DNA of 64,000 nucleotides from Spirochaetia bacterium (GTDB lineage Bacteria > Spirochaetota > Spirochaetia > SZUA-6 > Bin103): assembly GCA_965208575.1 (NCBI GenBank), contig CBDBOV010000006.1:960001-1024000 (forward strand), in the 5' to 3' direction. This document shows positions 18,186 to 27,603 of the stretch, in pieces. A program made the translations under genes and the position numbers. Within the stretch, counting starts at the first letter, position 1. Each line of letters starts with the position of its first letter. The notes beneath the pieces were generated by a model that was not told where the DNA came from, searched no databases, and was given only the letters and a program-made list of their open reading frames with translations.

Positions 18186-19196
18186 CTATTCATACCGAAT
18201 CCTGGGGTCCAAGAGAGCATAAATCGCGTCGATCATGAGATTGATCACCAAAACCGCGGTAGCAAAAATCATGTTTATTGCGGAGACTACCGGATAGTCT
18301 CTGCTATCGAGGGCATCCACAAACAAACTGCCTAGCCCCGGCAGAGCGAATATTTGCTCCAGGATAACGGAGCCACCTACCAGGAGGGGTAGCTGCAGGC
18401 CGACGAGCGTAACTACCGGGATGAGGGCATTCTTGATGCCGTGCCGCATGACAACTACCCGTTCCCTGAGCCCCTTCGACCAAGCCGTCCTGATATAGTC
18501 TTGCCTGAGCACCTCCAGCATCATGGTGCGCGTCATCCGCATGGTGCTGGCAGCAAGGGCTGTCCCCAGAATCAGGGCCGGAATGAGGAACATCCCCAGA
18601 TTCCCCAGCGGGTCTTCCTTGAAGGGAATCAACTCTACCGGTGGCGACCAGCCCCACCAGAGAGCCGGGTAAAGCATGACCATTGTTGCCAGCCAGAAGT
18701 TCGGTGTTGCCAAGCCGATGACGGCGGCGGTGCGCCCGACGTAGTCGGCGGCGGTATCCTGGCGGATCGCCGAGTAGACGCCGACCGGCAAGGCTATGAC
18801 GAGCCCAATTACGATTGCCAGAATGCCAAGCTCAATGGTGACTGGCAATCTCCCGATCATGACCTCCTCTACCGTCACGCCACCGCCAAACAGCGATACG
18901 CCGAAGGTGCCCTGGAGGAGACCTGTAAAGCGGGACTCACCGGTAAGCCGATCAGGGGTCGGCAACACTCCTATCCAGCGTCCATACTGCACGTAGACAG
19001 GCACGTCCAATCCAAGCATACGCTCCAGAGCTTCGCGGTCTATGTCGCCCGCGGACTGGAATCCAGGGCCCATCTCAGCCACCATTGTGTCTATTACATC
19101 GCCGGGGATAAGGCGGACCGTAACAAAGACTATGATGGTCAATATGAACAGGGTGGGGATTATAAGCAATAACCGCCTGATGAGATAGGTTCTCAT
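18186..19196 (-). CDS. dppB: ABC permease DppB family, cassette 3
   Basis: MRTYLIRRLL, QDYIRTAWSKG, DPRIRY. Confidence 0.92.
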   Translation of the reverse strand: MRTYLIRRLLLIIPTLFILTIIVFVTVRLIPGDVIDTMVAEMGPGFQSAGDIDREALERMLGLDVPVYVQYGRWIGVLPTPDRLTGESRFTGLLQGTFGVSLFGGGVTVEEVMIGRLPVTIELGILAIVIGLVIALPVGVYSAIRQDTAADYVGRTAAVIGLATPNFWLATMVMLYPALWWGWSPPVELIPFKEDPLGNLGMFLIPALILGTALAASTMRMTRTMMLEVLRQDYIRTAWSKGLRERVVVMRHGIKNALIPVVTLVGLQLPLLVGGSVILEQIFALPGLGSLFVDALDSRDYPVVSAINMIFATAVLVINLMIDAIYALLDPRIRYE

Positions 19197-19218
19197 GTGT
19201 TGTTAGTGCCGTAGGTAT

Positions 19219-19261
19219 GGGAGCTGGGAAGCGCGCTCACAAGCGACCGCCACCCAGCTCC
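19219..19261 (-). terminator. Intercistronic stem-loop between SBP and dppB
   Basis: GGAGCTGGG ... CCCAGCTCC. Confidence 0.6.
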
Positions 19262-19276
19262 ACAGGAGTACGCCTG

Positions 19277-21091
19277 CTAATTTCCCGTCATTTCTTTCTT
19301 CAGCGCACTATCGATCCAGACGCGAGAAAAGTGGGCATGACGGTCAGTGAAGCCAAGACCCATTTCACCGGCAAAACCCTCCACCCACGGCTGGCTCGCG
19401 GAAAAAAGGGCGGAGCGTGGTTTAACTAGGCCATAGTGCTCCCTTACAGAGATTTCATCGGCCTGTCGCTGATAGCCAATATGCTCCTCCGTGTCCGTGG
19501 TTTCAACGGCGGCATAATACAGGGCTTCGATACGCGGATCGTCCGCTTTTGTGGCGCTACTGTTATCAATGTTCTGGATCGCCTGACCTACCTCTTGTAG
19601 TCTTCCGCGGTAGGATCCATATCCAGCGCCCCATATCTCCCACTCCACCGTGTCCGCGCGAAAGGCAGCTCCACCCTCAGCTTCGCTATGAATATTAAGC
19701 TCGCTATCAACGCCAATGGCGTCGAAGTAACCCATGACGATTTCTACATAGGTCGGATCGTACCTCACGAGATTGCTCACCGTGATCTTGAATCTATAGC
19801 CGTCGTCGCCGCGAGGATATCCGGCCGCATCGAGCAACGCTTCTGCTTCATCCGGTCGATACTCATACTCACGCTTGACCTCGTCGGGCCACTCTTCATA
19901 AGGCCAGGCATACCCTTTGGCAGTTTGATGGAATATCCCATAAGGTGATGGATCTGCCCAACCCTTAAAGAAGGTAGCGGAAATTGCTTCGCGGTCCACT
20001 GACATCTGCAGTGCCTTGCGCACATTGATGTCGGCAGTGAGCGGACGAGATTGATTAAATACCAAGGTGCCCGGTATGAAGCTATATGCGGGCCACACCT
20101 CGAGTTCAGGATTGCTCTTCTGGAGGCTCTCTAGATTGTCGAGATTCGTTATGTGAGCGTCACCGGTGTTACTCAGCATATCAATCCTGCCCGTGCGCAA
20201 TGCTGCCAGACGTGTTGACTCGTCCGGCATCTTCAGGGCCCGTAACTCGTCAATATAGGGCAGGCGGTTCCCGAATTTTTCATCAACACCCCAGTAGTTG
20301 GGATTCTTCTCCCAGGTTGCCGAGCTGCCCTCGACGTGGTCGGTCAGTCGATAGGGGCCGGTGCCGACCAGGTTCCTCCAGTCCTCAAAGCCACCTTCTT
20401 CCTCGAATACCTCGGGGGGGTATATCCAAACCATGCTGTGCAACAGCGACTGCACCACATTCACCTGAGGCCTCGTCAGCTTGAGCTCAACCGTCCATTT
20501 GTCGGTGGCCGTTACAGAGAGGAACTCCAGATTATAAACTATGGAACGCTGGGGGCTAGGTCCGGCTTCGGCGAAATCACCCAGACCAAAATAGCGGTGA
20601 AAGTTCCATACGACGTCATGAGCATCGAACTCCCGACCGTTCACCGGCGGCTTATCATGCCAGTTAACGCCCTGCCGGATGTTCCAGATGAACGTCGTGT
20701 CGTCGGCCATTGACCAGCTTTCGGCCAGACCGCCTCTGTACATCTCCGGGCCCGTATAATCCCAGTTCATGGTACCGTGCTTTTCCCTGGGTAGTGCCCA
20801 GTCGGCAATGGTCATCCTCTCTATAACGCTACTGATGAAGTGAGGCGCCCAGCCACCCGCCGACCACACGTCAGTACTCTCAGGAAAGTTCCTGGTGGCC
20901 CAGGTGAGTGTCCCGCCATACTCTGGCGCGGTCCACGTCTGGCCGGTGGCGGGGTCGAACACCGTCTCTCTGTCGGCTGCGGCGGCGGCTGCCGGCTCCT
21001 CGTCTGCGCCGGTGGCCCACAGGCCGGTCGCGGTCAGCATCATGACCAGCGCAACCGCGAAGATCATTCTGATGCTTACGATATATTTCAT
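19277..21091 (-). CDS. ABC family-5 solute-binding protein, cassette 3
   Basis: Signal peptide ..ATGLWATGADEE, PEYGGT, LAESWS, GTGPY, NPNYW. Confidence 0.92.
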   Translation of the reverse strand: MKYIVSIRMIFAVALVMMLTATGLWATGADEEPAAAAAADRETVFDPATGQTWTAPEYGGTLTWATRNFPESTDVWSAGGWAPHFISSVIERMTIADWALPREKHGTMNWDYTGPEMYRGGLAESWSMADDTTFIWNIRQGVNWHDKPPVNGREFDAHDVVWNFHRYFGLGDFAEAGPSPQRSIVYNLEFLSVTATDKWTVELKLTRPQVNVVQSLLHSMVWIYPPEVFEEEGGFEDWRNLVGTGPYRLTDHVEGSSATWEKNPNYWGVDEKFGNRLPYIDELRALKMPDESTRLAALRTGRIDMLSNTGDAHITNLDNLESLQKSNPELEVWPAYSFIPGTLVFNQSRPLTADINVRKALQMSVDREAISATFFKGWADPSPYGIFHQTAKGYAWPYEEWPDEVKREYEYRPDEAEALLDAAGYPRGDDGYRFKITVSNLVRYDPTYVEIVMGYFDAIGVDSELNIHSEAEGGAAFRADTVEWEIWGAGYGSYRGRLQEVGQAIQNIDNSSATKADDPRIEALYYAAVETTDTEEHIGYQRQADEISVREHYGLVKPRSALFSASQPWVEGFAGEMGLGFTDRHAHFSRVWIDSALKKEMTGN

Positions 21092-21619
21092 GGTTTTCTC
21101 CACAAATGTGTTCTTGAGAGTATTGCGGAACGGATTGCCGCTCCCTGGCTACTCTCGCGCCCGCAACGCAGACGGCCGGCCAGACAGAGTCAGATTTGTG
21201 AAGCGCGCGACGTGTGACTCACCGGGTTCACCCCCGCTCACGCCGCGCGCGTGCGGCTCTTTGAGTATCAATTTGCACCCCCTCGGTCGGGCGCAGATGT
21301 GCCCCTCTCTCTGAAGTCCCGGCAACGCCGGTTGATGTAGACTGGTGGAGGTTGCGGCCGACGCGGTCCGCCGCCACACGCACGGCTGTGTGCCGCGCGG
21401 ATCGATGGTGCCGCGGTCAGCACCGCAACGACCGGGCGCGGCTGACCGCGGTGAGCCAGGTGCAGGCGGACGGCGAGGCCGGCGCCGAGCGGCTGGCTGT
21501 CGCGCGGTTAGGTTAGGTAGTCGGGTACAGGGGGGGGCGTAGTCGGCGGCTGGGCTGGATGCTGTCAGTGCCCATTCGCGGACGAGTGGAGAGGACGGCC
21601 CAATCCGTGTCAAGCGCGA

Positions 21620-21716
21620 CCCACCGCGTTGTGTCACCGCCAACCCGTCAATGCGCTGACTGTCATCATGGCGCTTCATCCGAGGCACCCTAGTATGGGC
21701 GCGGCGCGCCTGTCAA
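21620..21716 (-). promoter_or_regulatory. Promoter plus leader-peptide block MKRHDDSQRIDGLAVTQR
   Basis: TTGACA-N18-TAGGGT-N7-ATG(21679); block homologous to 3632 and 24949; frame open to 21149. Confidence 0.55.
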
Positions 21717-21846
21717 CGACTCGGCGGTCACCGGCAGGGTGATCCCATGCTGACGGACGTGATGGAGGACAAGCGCCGACTCGGTGAGCAAGCAAGTTCG
21801 TGACGGCGAATTCGTCGGGCCTCAGTCTCCCGCCTACGCACGGCCA

Positions 21847-22968
21847 TCACCCCGACAGGACTCTCCGCACCTCGTCCGCGTCCACCGCCAGCGCCGCGGC
21901 GATCGCCTCGGCATCCTGTCCCAGACCATGCAGGCGGCGGATCGCCTGCGCGAGCAGCAGGCGCCGCTCCTGCTCCGCCTGCTGCCGCTCCTGCTCCGCC
22001 TGCTGCCGCTCCTGCTCCGCCTGCTGCCGCTCCTGCTCCGCCTGCTGCCGCTCCTGCTCCGCCTGCTGTTGAGCCTGTTCCGCCTGCTGCTGTGCCCGTT
22101 CCGCCTGCTGTTGCGCCCGTTCTGCTCGCTGCGCCCGCTCCCGCTCCTGCTGCGCCCGCTGCCGCTCCTGTGCTATAAGGCGGTCGCGATGCTCCACCTG
22201 CCGCGCCATCAGCATCGAGTCTCGCAACAGCAGGTCCTCTCCCTCCATGTCGCGCCGCACCTCTTCTTCCGCCATCGCCTCCCGCAACTGCCGCAGCACG
22301 AAGGCGCACTCCGCCGGATACTCCCCTTCTTCGATCGTCAGCACATGCGCGTCACTCCGCCCGTTGCCTTTCACCAAGCCCTGGTCGAAGATCGCCAGCA
22401 GCCGCTCCAGCTCGTCCCGCCGCCGGCTCGCCAGCCGCGGTATCTGGATGATGTGGCTGCGGTGATGGATCCCCTCCACCAGCGGATGGCTCGCCGCAAG
22501 CTCCCGCCCCGTGCGCCGCTCGGTCACCTGCGGGCACACGTCGATCACCGCCTCGTCCGACAGGTCATCCAGGGCGTAGCCCAGGAAGTAGATGGTCACG
22601 ATCGGCACCGCCTCGGTGCGGCCCGACGGATGGGTAAGGATGTTGTCCCCGCTGCCGATCTGCTGGCCCAGGTAACGCCGGAAGCGCTCGATCACGGTCG
22701 GCGCGCTGGTCTTCTGAATCTCGATCAGCACCTGCCGCTCGCCGCCGTCGGCAGTGCGCACGCGGGCGGCGAAGTCCATGCGCAGCAGCGTCAGCGGCTG
22801 GACGCGCTCCGGGTCTTCGGGAGTGCGGCGCACGGCGCTCTCCTGCGGGCTGACGGTGAGCGACCGCACCGCGAGGCCGGTGATCCTGCCGATCAGCAGG
22901 CGGGCGACGCGGTCGTTCTGCATCAGGTACTTGAACACCACGTCGTAGATCGGGTTGGCGACGTCCAC
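21847..22968 (-). CDS. Rpn-like PD-(D/E)XK nuclease family protein with C-terminal coiled-coil repeats
   Basis: NPIYDVVFKYLM, RMDF, LIEIQK, RFRRYLG, PIVTIYFLG; (QQAEQER)n tail; GTG start inferred. Confidence 0.75.
   Translation of the reverse strand: MDVANPIYDVVFKYLMQNDRVARLLIGRITGLAVRSLTVSPQESAVRRTPEDPERVQPLTLLRMDFAARVRTADGGERQVLIEIQKTSAPTVIERFRRYLGQQIGSGDNILTHPSGRTEAVPIVTIYFLGYALDDLSDEAVIDVCPQVTERRTGRELAASHPLVEGIHHRSHIIQIPRLASRRRDELERLLAIFDQGLVKGNGRSDAHVLTIEEGEYPAECAFVLRQLREAMAEEEVRRDMEGEDLLLRDSMLMARQVEHRDRLIAQERQRAQQERERAQRAERAQQQAERAQQQAEQAQQQAEQERQQAEQERQQAEQERQQAEQERQQAEQERRLLLAQAIRRLHGLGQDAEAIAAALAVDADEVRRVLSG
21964..22170. repeat. 21-bp coding tandem repeat CGCTCCTGCTCCGCCTGCTGC, about 5 near-perfect plus degenerate units
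   Basis: Read directly; encodes QQAEQER heptads. Confidence 0.9.
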
Positions 22969-23084
22969 GCCAGCATTGAACCTGCGGCCCGCGCGCTGCG
23001 TCAATCGCCTTGCCCGGGTTGCGGATGATCGGTGCGGCGGCGGTGTCATGCACCGACGGGCGGGCGGCGCCGGACGCCGGCGAA

Positions 23085-23266
23085 GCCACCAGATCGTCGG
23101 ACGCTATCCGCAGGGTGATCTTGGTGTCCTTCGGCTTCCTGCGCGCGGCGACCTTCAGCAACTCCCGGAATCTGTTCTCCTCCTCTGGATCGAGCCGCTC
23201 GCCGAAGTAGGGTGCTCCCTCGATACTCTCTATGAGCTCTCGTTCCTCGTCATCGAGGTAGTCCAT
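23085..23266 (-). pseudogene. CopG/BrnA-like antitoxin remnant
   Basis: GGAGG RBS, MDYLDDEERELIESIE...RKPKDTKITLRIASDDL, then similarity is lost. Confidence 0.55.
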
Positions 23267-23367
23267 TTGTTGTTCGCCACCTCCACCAGAACACACAGTT
23301 ACCTTCAACCCTTCAACTCTCCATGGGCGACCGTCTGCGCGACGCCGCGGACCCCTACAAGGAAGCG

Positions 23368-24459
23368 CTACCGTAACGCGGGCGGCAGGTCGAGGCCGAA
23401 GCGCTCGGCGGCGGCGCGCAGCTTGGCGACCGTGCCGGGGGGCAGCGGGATGCCGCCGGCGGTACGCTCGGCCAGCACCTGCTCCTCCGGCTGGCCCGGC
23501 ACCAGGATCGGCGGCGCGCCGTCCACGGTGGCCAGCCCGTTCATGGCGTCGGCCAGCCGGTCGACGTCGCCCTTGAACGCCTCCACGTCGGTGAACGCGG
23601 CGATGTCGATGGCGGCGACGAAGCTGTTCTGGGTGGCGCGGCGCGGGGCGTCCCGGCCGCTGATCGTGGTGGCGAGCAGCGGGTTGCCGGCCATCAGGCT
23701 CGACAGGCACTCGAAGATCAGCGCCAGACCGTAGCCCTTGTAGCCGGCGGCGGGCCGCAGGAAGGCCGACTGCGCCGGGTCGGTGGTGGGCCGGCCCTCC
23801 GCGTCCAGCGCCCACTCCTCGGGAATCGCCACCCCCTTGTCGCGCGCCACGTCCAGCTTGCCGCCGGCCGCCACGCTGGTGGCCATGTCCAGGCTGATCG
23901 CGGGCCGGCGCGAACCGGGCACGGCGACCGCGATCGGGCTGTTGTGGGTGCCAGCCTGCTTCGCCCCCGGCGGCGCCATGTTGGGCGGACTGCACACCAC
24001 GGCCAGACCGGCCAGGCCGGCCCGCGCCGCCATCTGCGTGTAGTAGGCCATCGCGCCCTGGTGCGTGGTGTTGCGGATCAGACCCCAGCCGATCCCCGCC
24101 TCCCGCGCCTTGGCGATGACCCGCTCCATCGCCTGCACCGTCACCACCGGACCGAACGCGCGGTCCGCGTCCATCAGCACGGTAGCCGCGGTCTCCCGCT
24201 CCACCCGGATGTTCGGGCGCGGGTTCATGGAGCCGCTGTCCACCGCCCGGCTGTAGGCCGCCACCCGCTGTACCCCGTGCGAATCGATGCCGCGCAGGTT
24301 GGCCCACACCAGCACCTCCGCCTCCGTGGCGGCATCGCCGGCCGGCATGCCGAGCCCCTCGAACACCCGTGCCGTGAACTCCTGCAACGCCGCCGCATCG
24401 ACGCACCGCGTCTCCGCCGCCGGGTCGACGCTCGCCCCCTCCGTGAACCGATACTGCAT
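23368..24459 (-). CDS. Ldh_2 family oxidoreductase (malate/L-sulfolactate dehydrogenase-like)
   Basis: ANLRGIDSHG, HQGAMAYY, NSPIA, LDMATS, GYKGYGL, VPGQPE. Confidence 0.88.
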   Translation of the reverse strand: MQYRFTEGASVDPAAETRCVDAAALQEFTARVFEGLGMPAGDAATEAEVLVWANLRGIDSHGVQRVAAYSRAVDSGSMNPRPNIRVERETAATVLMDADRAFGPVVTVQAMERVIAKAREAGIGWGLIRNTTHQGAMAYYTQMAARAGLAGLAVVCSPPNMAPPGAKQAGTHNSPIAVAVPGSRRPAISLDMATSVAAGGKLDVARDKGVAIPEEWALDAEGRPTTDPAQSAFLRPAAGYKGYGLALIFECLSSLMAGNPLLATTISGRDAPRRATQNSFVAAIDIAAFTDVEAFKGDVDRLADAMNGLATVDGAPPILVPGQPEEQVLAERTAGGIPLPPGTVAKLRAAAERFGLDLPPALR

Positions 24460-24483
24460 CCTTCCCCCGCCGGCAGAATAGCA
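24459..24483. repeat. 25-bp direct repeat, left copy
   Basis: TCCTTCCCCCGCCGGCAGAATAGCA, identical at 31026-31050. Confidence 0.9.
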
Positions 24484-24948
24484 CATCAGCGACAGCACGC
24501 CATCGCTCGCGCGCAGCGAAGCTCGCGTACCGCCGCGCAGGACCAAATGCGACGTACCGCACCATTGCGCAGCGCCGATCATCAGGATTGCCGGCCACCG
24601 CAAGCTGGAACAAGTCGGGGGCAACGGCGACCCTGACGGTCCTTGACTCTGTCAGAGGTGCGGGCAGTGTCGGAGCACTCGGGCAGCGCTCATGGCTCTA
24701 GGATATGTGGCGGCTCACGCCTCGGGAGTCTTCAAGGAGTTGGAAAAGCTCCACCAATTATTCGCACCCGTAGTCTCGTGGTCCCAGGAAGTTCGCTGGC
24801 ATATTCTGATCAACGATGGGACACTCGCACCGACGACCGGGAATGCGTTTACGAGTGGTGCAGACCTTATTTCCTCGCTCGCAATTCGCGCTGTTTGACA
24901 GGTGGCCGCGCTCGTGAGAGAGTGCACCGTTAGAGGTTTGACGGATCG

Positions 24949-25035
24949 ATGATGACGCGTCATGACGACATTCAGCGCAATAACCGGCTGGCGGTGACGC
25001 GACCGGTGCCCCCCCCCGCAGCTTCAGTAGCGTAA
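24949..25035 (+). CDS. Putative leader peptide MMTRHDDIQRNNRLAVTRPVPPPAASVA (28 aa)
   Basis: Homolog of 3632 and 21679 blocks; downstream of TTGACA at 24895. Confidence 0.5.
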   Translation: MMTRHDDIQRNNRLAVTRPVPPPAASVA

Positions 25036-25445
25036 ATCTTTCAAGCGTAAACAGTAATACCAACCACTGGCGGCCCTCGTTATCGGGCGCCTCCGCGCGC
25101 GTCGACCACCGCAGACCACTACCCGCCATCTCCAATCCCCCGGCGTTGCCGGACATGGGAACAAGCCACCGGCGAGTCGCCGCCACGCCTCCGGTCGGCG
25201 TGCGCCTGCGACCAACCGGTCCGCTTACGAGGGGGTGCCCGTGAAGTTGTAGTCCACACCACGGGACGCGGTCGACGCCCCCGCGGTGATCGCCCCCGGG
25301 TCAACTCGAAACTCGAAGTCGTCACCCTCGTCGGAAACAACTGCGCCGCACCCACACCCGGCACAGACCGGCACACAGGCCTTGAGAGCAGCCCGGGGGT
25401 CGACACCGAAGTGTGCTCTCAAAGCATAGGAGCATAGGAGTACGA

Positions 25446-27269
25446 ATGAATTTTGTGTGTGTAGCGTTCCGAACGGGCCTCACCGTATTGGCAGGCTTGG
25501 TTCTGGCCGTAACCGGCGTCTGGGCCAGTCCAGCCGCGGAAGAGCAGCCGGCCGCGGCGATGGAGAAAGAAATGGTGATGGACCCCACCACCGGCGAGAT
25601 GGTGACCGCGCCAGAATATGGCGGGACATTGAATACCTGGTTTGTGGATTTTTCTGGCGAGGTTGATACCTATTTCGGCTGGGTGGACCCTCGATTTTCG
25701 GGCGTCGTAGAGAAGCTAGGCATCGGCGACTGGGGAATAGATAGAGACGTATATGACTTCAACAACGATGGCCCGCTTCCTGTGTCTGCCATGACCGGGA
25801 GGCTGGCGGAAAGCTGGGATATTTCCCCGGACGGCCTCACCTATACCTTCCACATACGCAAGGGCGTTCACTGGCATAACAAGGCACCCATGAACGGTCG
25901 GGAGCTGACTGCCTCTGATGTCGAATACAACTTTCACCGTCAATTGGGTGTGGGCAAGTTCACCGACGCCGAACCGAACCCCTTTGGTGCCGCCGCCGAC
26001 CTCACCGGCATCCCATTCGAATCGATAACGGCCACCGACAAATGGACGGTTGTCATGAAGCTGAAGGAGCCCTACCTGCCTGCGCTTCGGCTTATCCTCA
26101 TCGACTACTTTGTTTACATATTGCCCCCCGAGGTAATCGAGCAATCAAGGACTGCCGACGTGCCACAGGGCAGGATTTCGGATTGGAGGAACCAGGTCGG
26201 CACCGGTCCCTTTATGCTGACTGACTCTGTCGAAAGCAGCTCTTTTACCCTTACCAAGAATCCTGACTACTGGCGCTTCGACGAAAAATACCCGCAGAAC
26301 CGCTTACCCTACATTGACGAGTTAAAGGTGCTGATTATACCAGAGCAAGCAACAGTAATGGCGGCCCTACGCTCAGGCAAGGTTGATTTCAGACCATTTG
26401 GTACTTCTCTGAACGACGGAATCAGCCTGCAGCGGACCAACCCCGAAATCGTCCAGCACCCGGTTTTCTTTCGGTCCAATGATGCCATTGCTGCTAACGT
26501 GCGCGTACCGCCCTTTAACGACATCAGGGTGCGCAAGGCAATGCAGATGGGACTGGACCTTGACACCATTGCGACTACGTACTGGAAGGGTCACGCAGTT
26601 ACGACACCTCAGGGGATGGTAGGGGTGAAAGGATATAGCATCCCATTTGAAGAGTGGCCCGAAGAGGTCAAGAAGGGCTATATGTACGACCCGGAAGGTG
26701 CCGAGAAGCTCCTTGATGAGGCTGGATTACCGCGCGACGCCGACGGCATTAGATTCAAGACCCGCTTGCAGATCCTCCAGGGTACACAGGATGTGGGCTA
26801 CGCAGAAATAGCTGTCTCCTACTGGGCTGAGATTTGCGTCGATGTTGAGCTTGATGTATTTGAGGACTGGACCGCATATCACGAGGGGCTATTCTCGGGT
26901 ATGTATGAAGGCATGATGGGTTCCATTTCGGGCACCCTTTTTGACCCTGTCATGTCGGTAGGCTGGTATCGCTCGGACGCACAGTGGAACCGCCCCTTAC
27001 ACCAGTGGCCTGAGTTGGACGCCCTCGTTGACGCCGCCCTGGCCGCTACCACCACTGACGAGCAGCAAAGGCGGATTGCAGAGGCAGATATGTACACTAT
27101 AGAGAAGCACTACCAGATATGGGGTCCTAAACCTCCAACGTTTGTCGTCCACCAACCGTGGATCAAAGGCTATCACGGTGAATCGAATCATCTGGGACCA
27201 AACGAGCGGTGGGACATGCTCGCGCGCCTCTGGATCGACCAGGATCTGAAGAAAGAAATGGGTTATTAG
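25446..27269 (+). CDS. ABC family-5 solute-binding protein, cassette 4
   Basis: Signal ..VTGVWASPAAEE, PEYGGT, LAESWD, GTGPF, YDPEGAEKLLDEAG; AGGAG RBS. Confidence 0.92.
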   Translation: MNFVCVAFRTGLTVLAGLVLAVTGVWASPAAEEQPAAAMEKEMVMDPTTGEMVTAPEYGGTLNTWFVDFSGEVDTYFGWVDPRFSGVVEKLGIGDWGIDRDVYDFNNDGPLPVSAMTGRLAESWDISPDGLTYTFHIRKGVHWHNKAPMNGRELTASDVEYNFHRQLGVGKFTDAEPNPFGAAADLTGIPFESITATDKWTVVMKLKEPYLPALRLILIDYFVYILPPEVIEQSRTADVPQGRISDWRNQVGTGPFMLTDSVESSSFTLTKNPDYWRFDEKYPQNRLPYIDELKVLIIPEQATVMAALRSGKVDFRPFGTSLNDGISLQRTNPEIVQHPVFFRSNDAIAANVRVPPFNDIRVRKAMQMGLDLDTIATTYWKGHAVTTPQGMVGVKGYSIPFEEWPEEVKKGYMYDPEGAEKLLDEAGLPRDADGIRFKTRLQILQGTQDVGYAEIAVSYWAEICVDVELDVFEDWTAYHEGLFSGMYEGMMGSISGTLFDPVMSVGWYRSDAQWNRPLHQWPELDALVDAALAATTTDEQQRRIAEADMYTIEKHYQIWGPKPPTFVVHQPWIKGYHGESNHLGPNERWDMLARLWIDQDLKKEMGY

Positions 27270-27307
27270 CTATTTTTTGAGGGTTTCAGACCCTGTGGCT
27301 TAGCTCG

Positions 27308-27365
27308 GGAAAAAGGGAGCTGGAAGGCGGTCTCCTGCAGGCGCGCTTCCCGGCTCCCTTTTTCC
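27308..27365 (+). terminator. Intrinsic terminator-like hairpin between SBP and dppB
   Basis: GGAAAAAGGGAGC ... GCTCCCTTTTTCC. Confidence 0.65.
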
Positions 27366-27603
27366 TGGAAGAGGGGTGGGCAATGACGGAAGAGAGTGAG
27401 GTTCCAATCCGAAGAATGATGAGGTGTGTCACATGAGAGCCTATATCATCAGACGGTTATTGCTGATAATCCCTACGCTATTTATATTGACCATCCTGGT
27501 CTTTTTCTCGGTCCGCTTCATCCCGGGCGATGCAATAGACGCAATGTTGGGTAAGGTGGAATTCCAGGTTGACGTAGACCGTGAAGCTCCTGAGAAACAA
27601 CAA

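Noticed and set aside
21964-22170. Possible CRISPR array (also 57860-58260 and 45128-45230)
   Set aside because: Contiguous coding repeats with no unique spacers; no cas genes
22565-24613. 682-aa fusion ORF
   Set aside because: Alternate-frame read-through across the Ldh gene, the antitoxin remnant and the Rpn-like gene
24640-24900. Small gene in a lower-GC patch
   Set aside because: No recognisable motif in any frame; probably debris at the islet edge
4084-27269. Diversity-generating retroelement behind SBP variability
   Set aside because: No reverse transcriptase and no TR/VR pair with adenine-only differences
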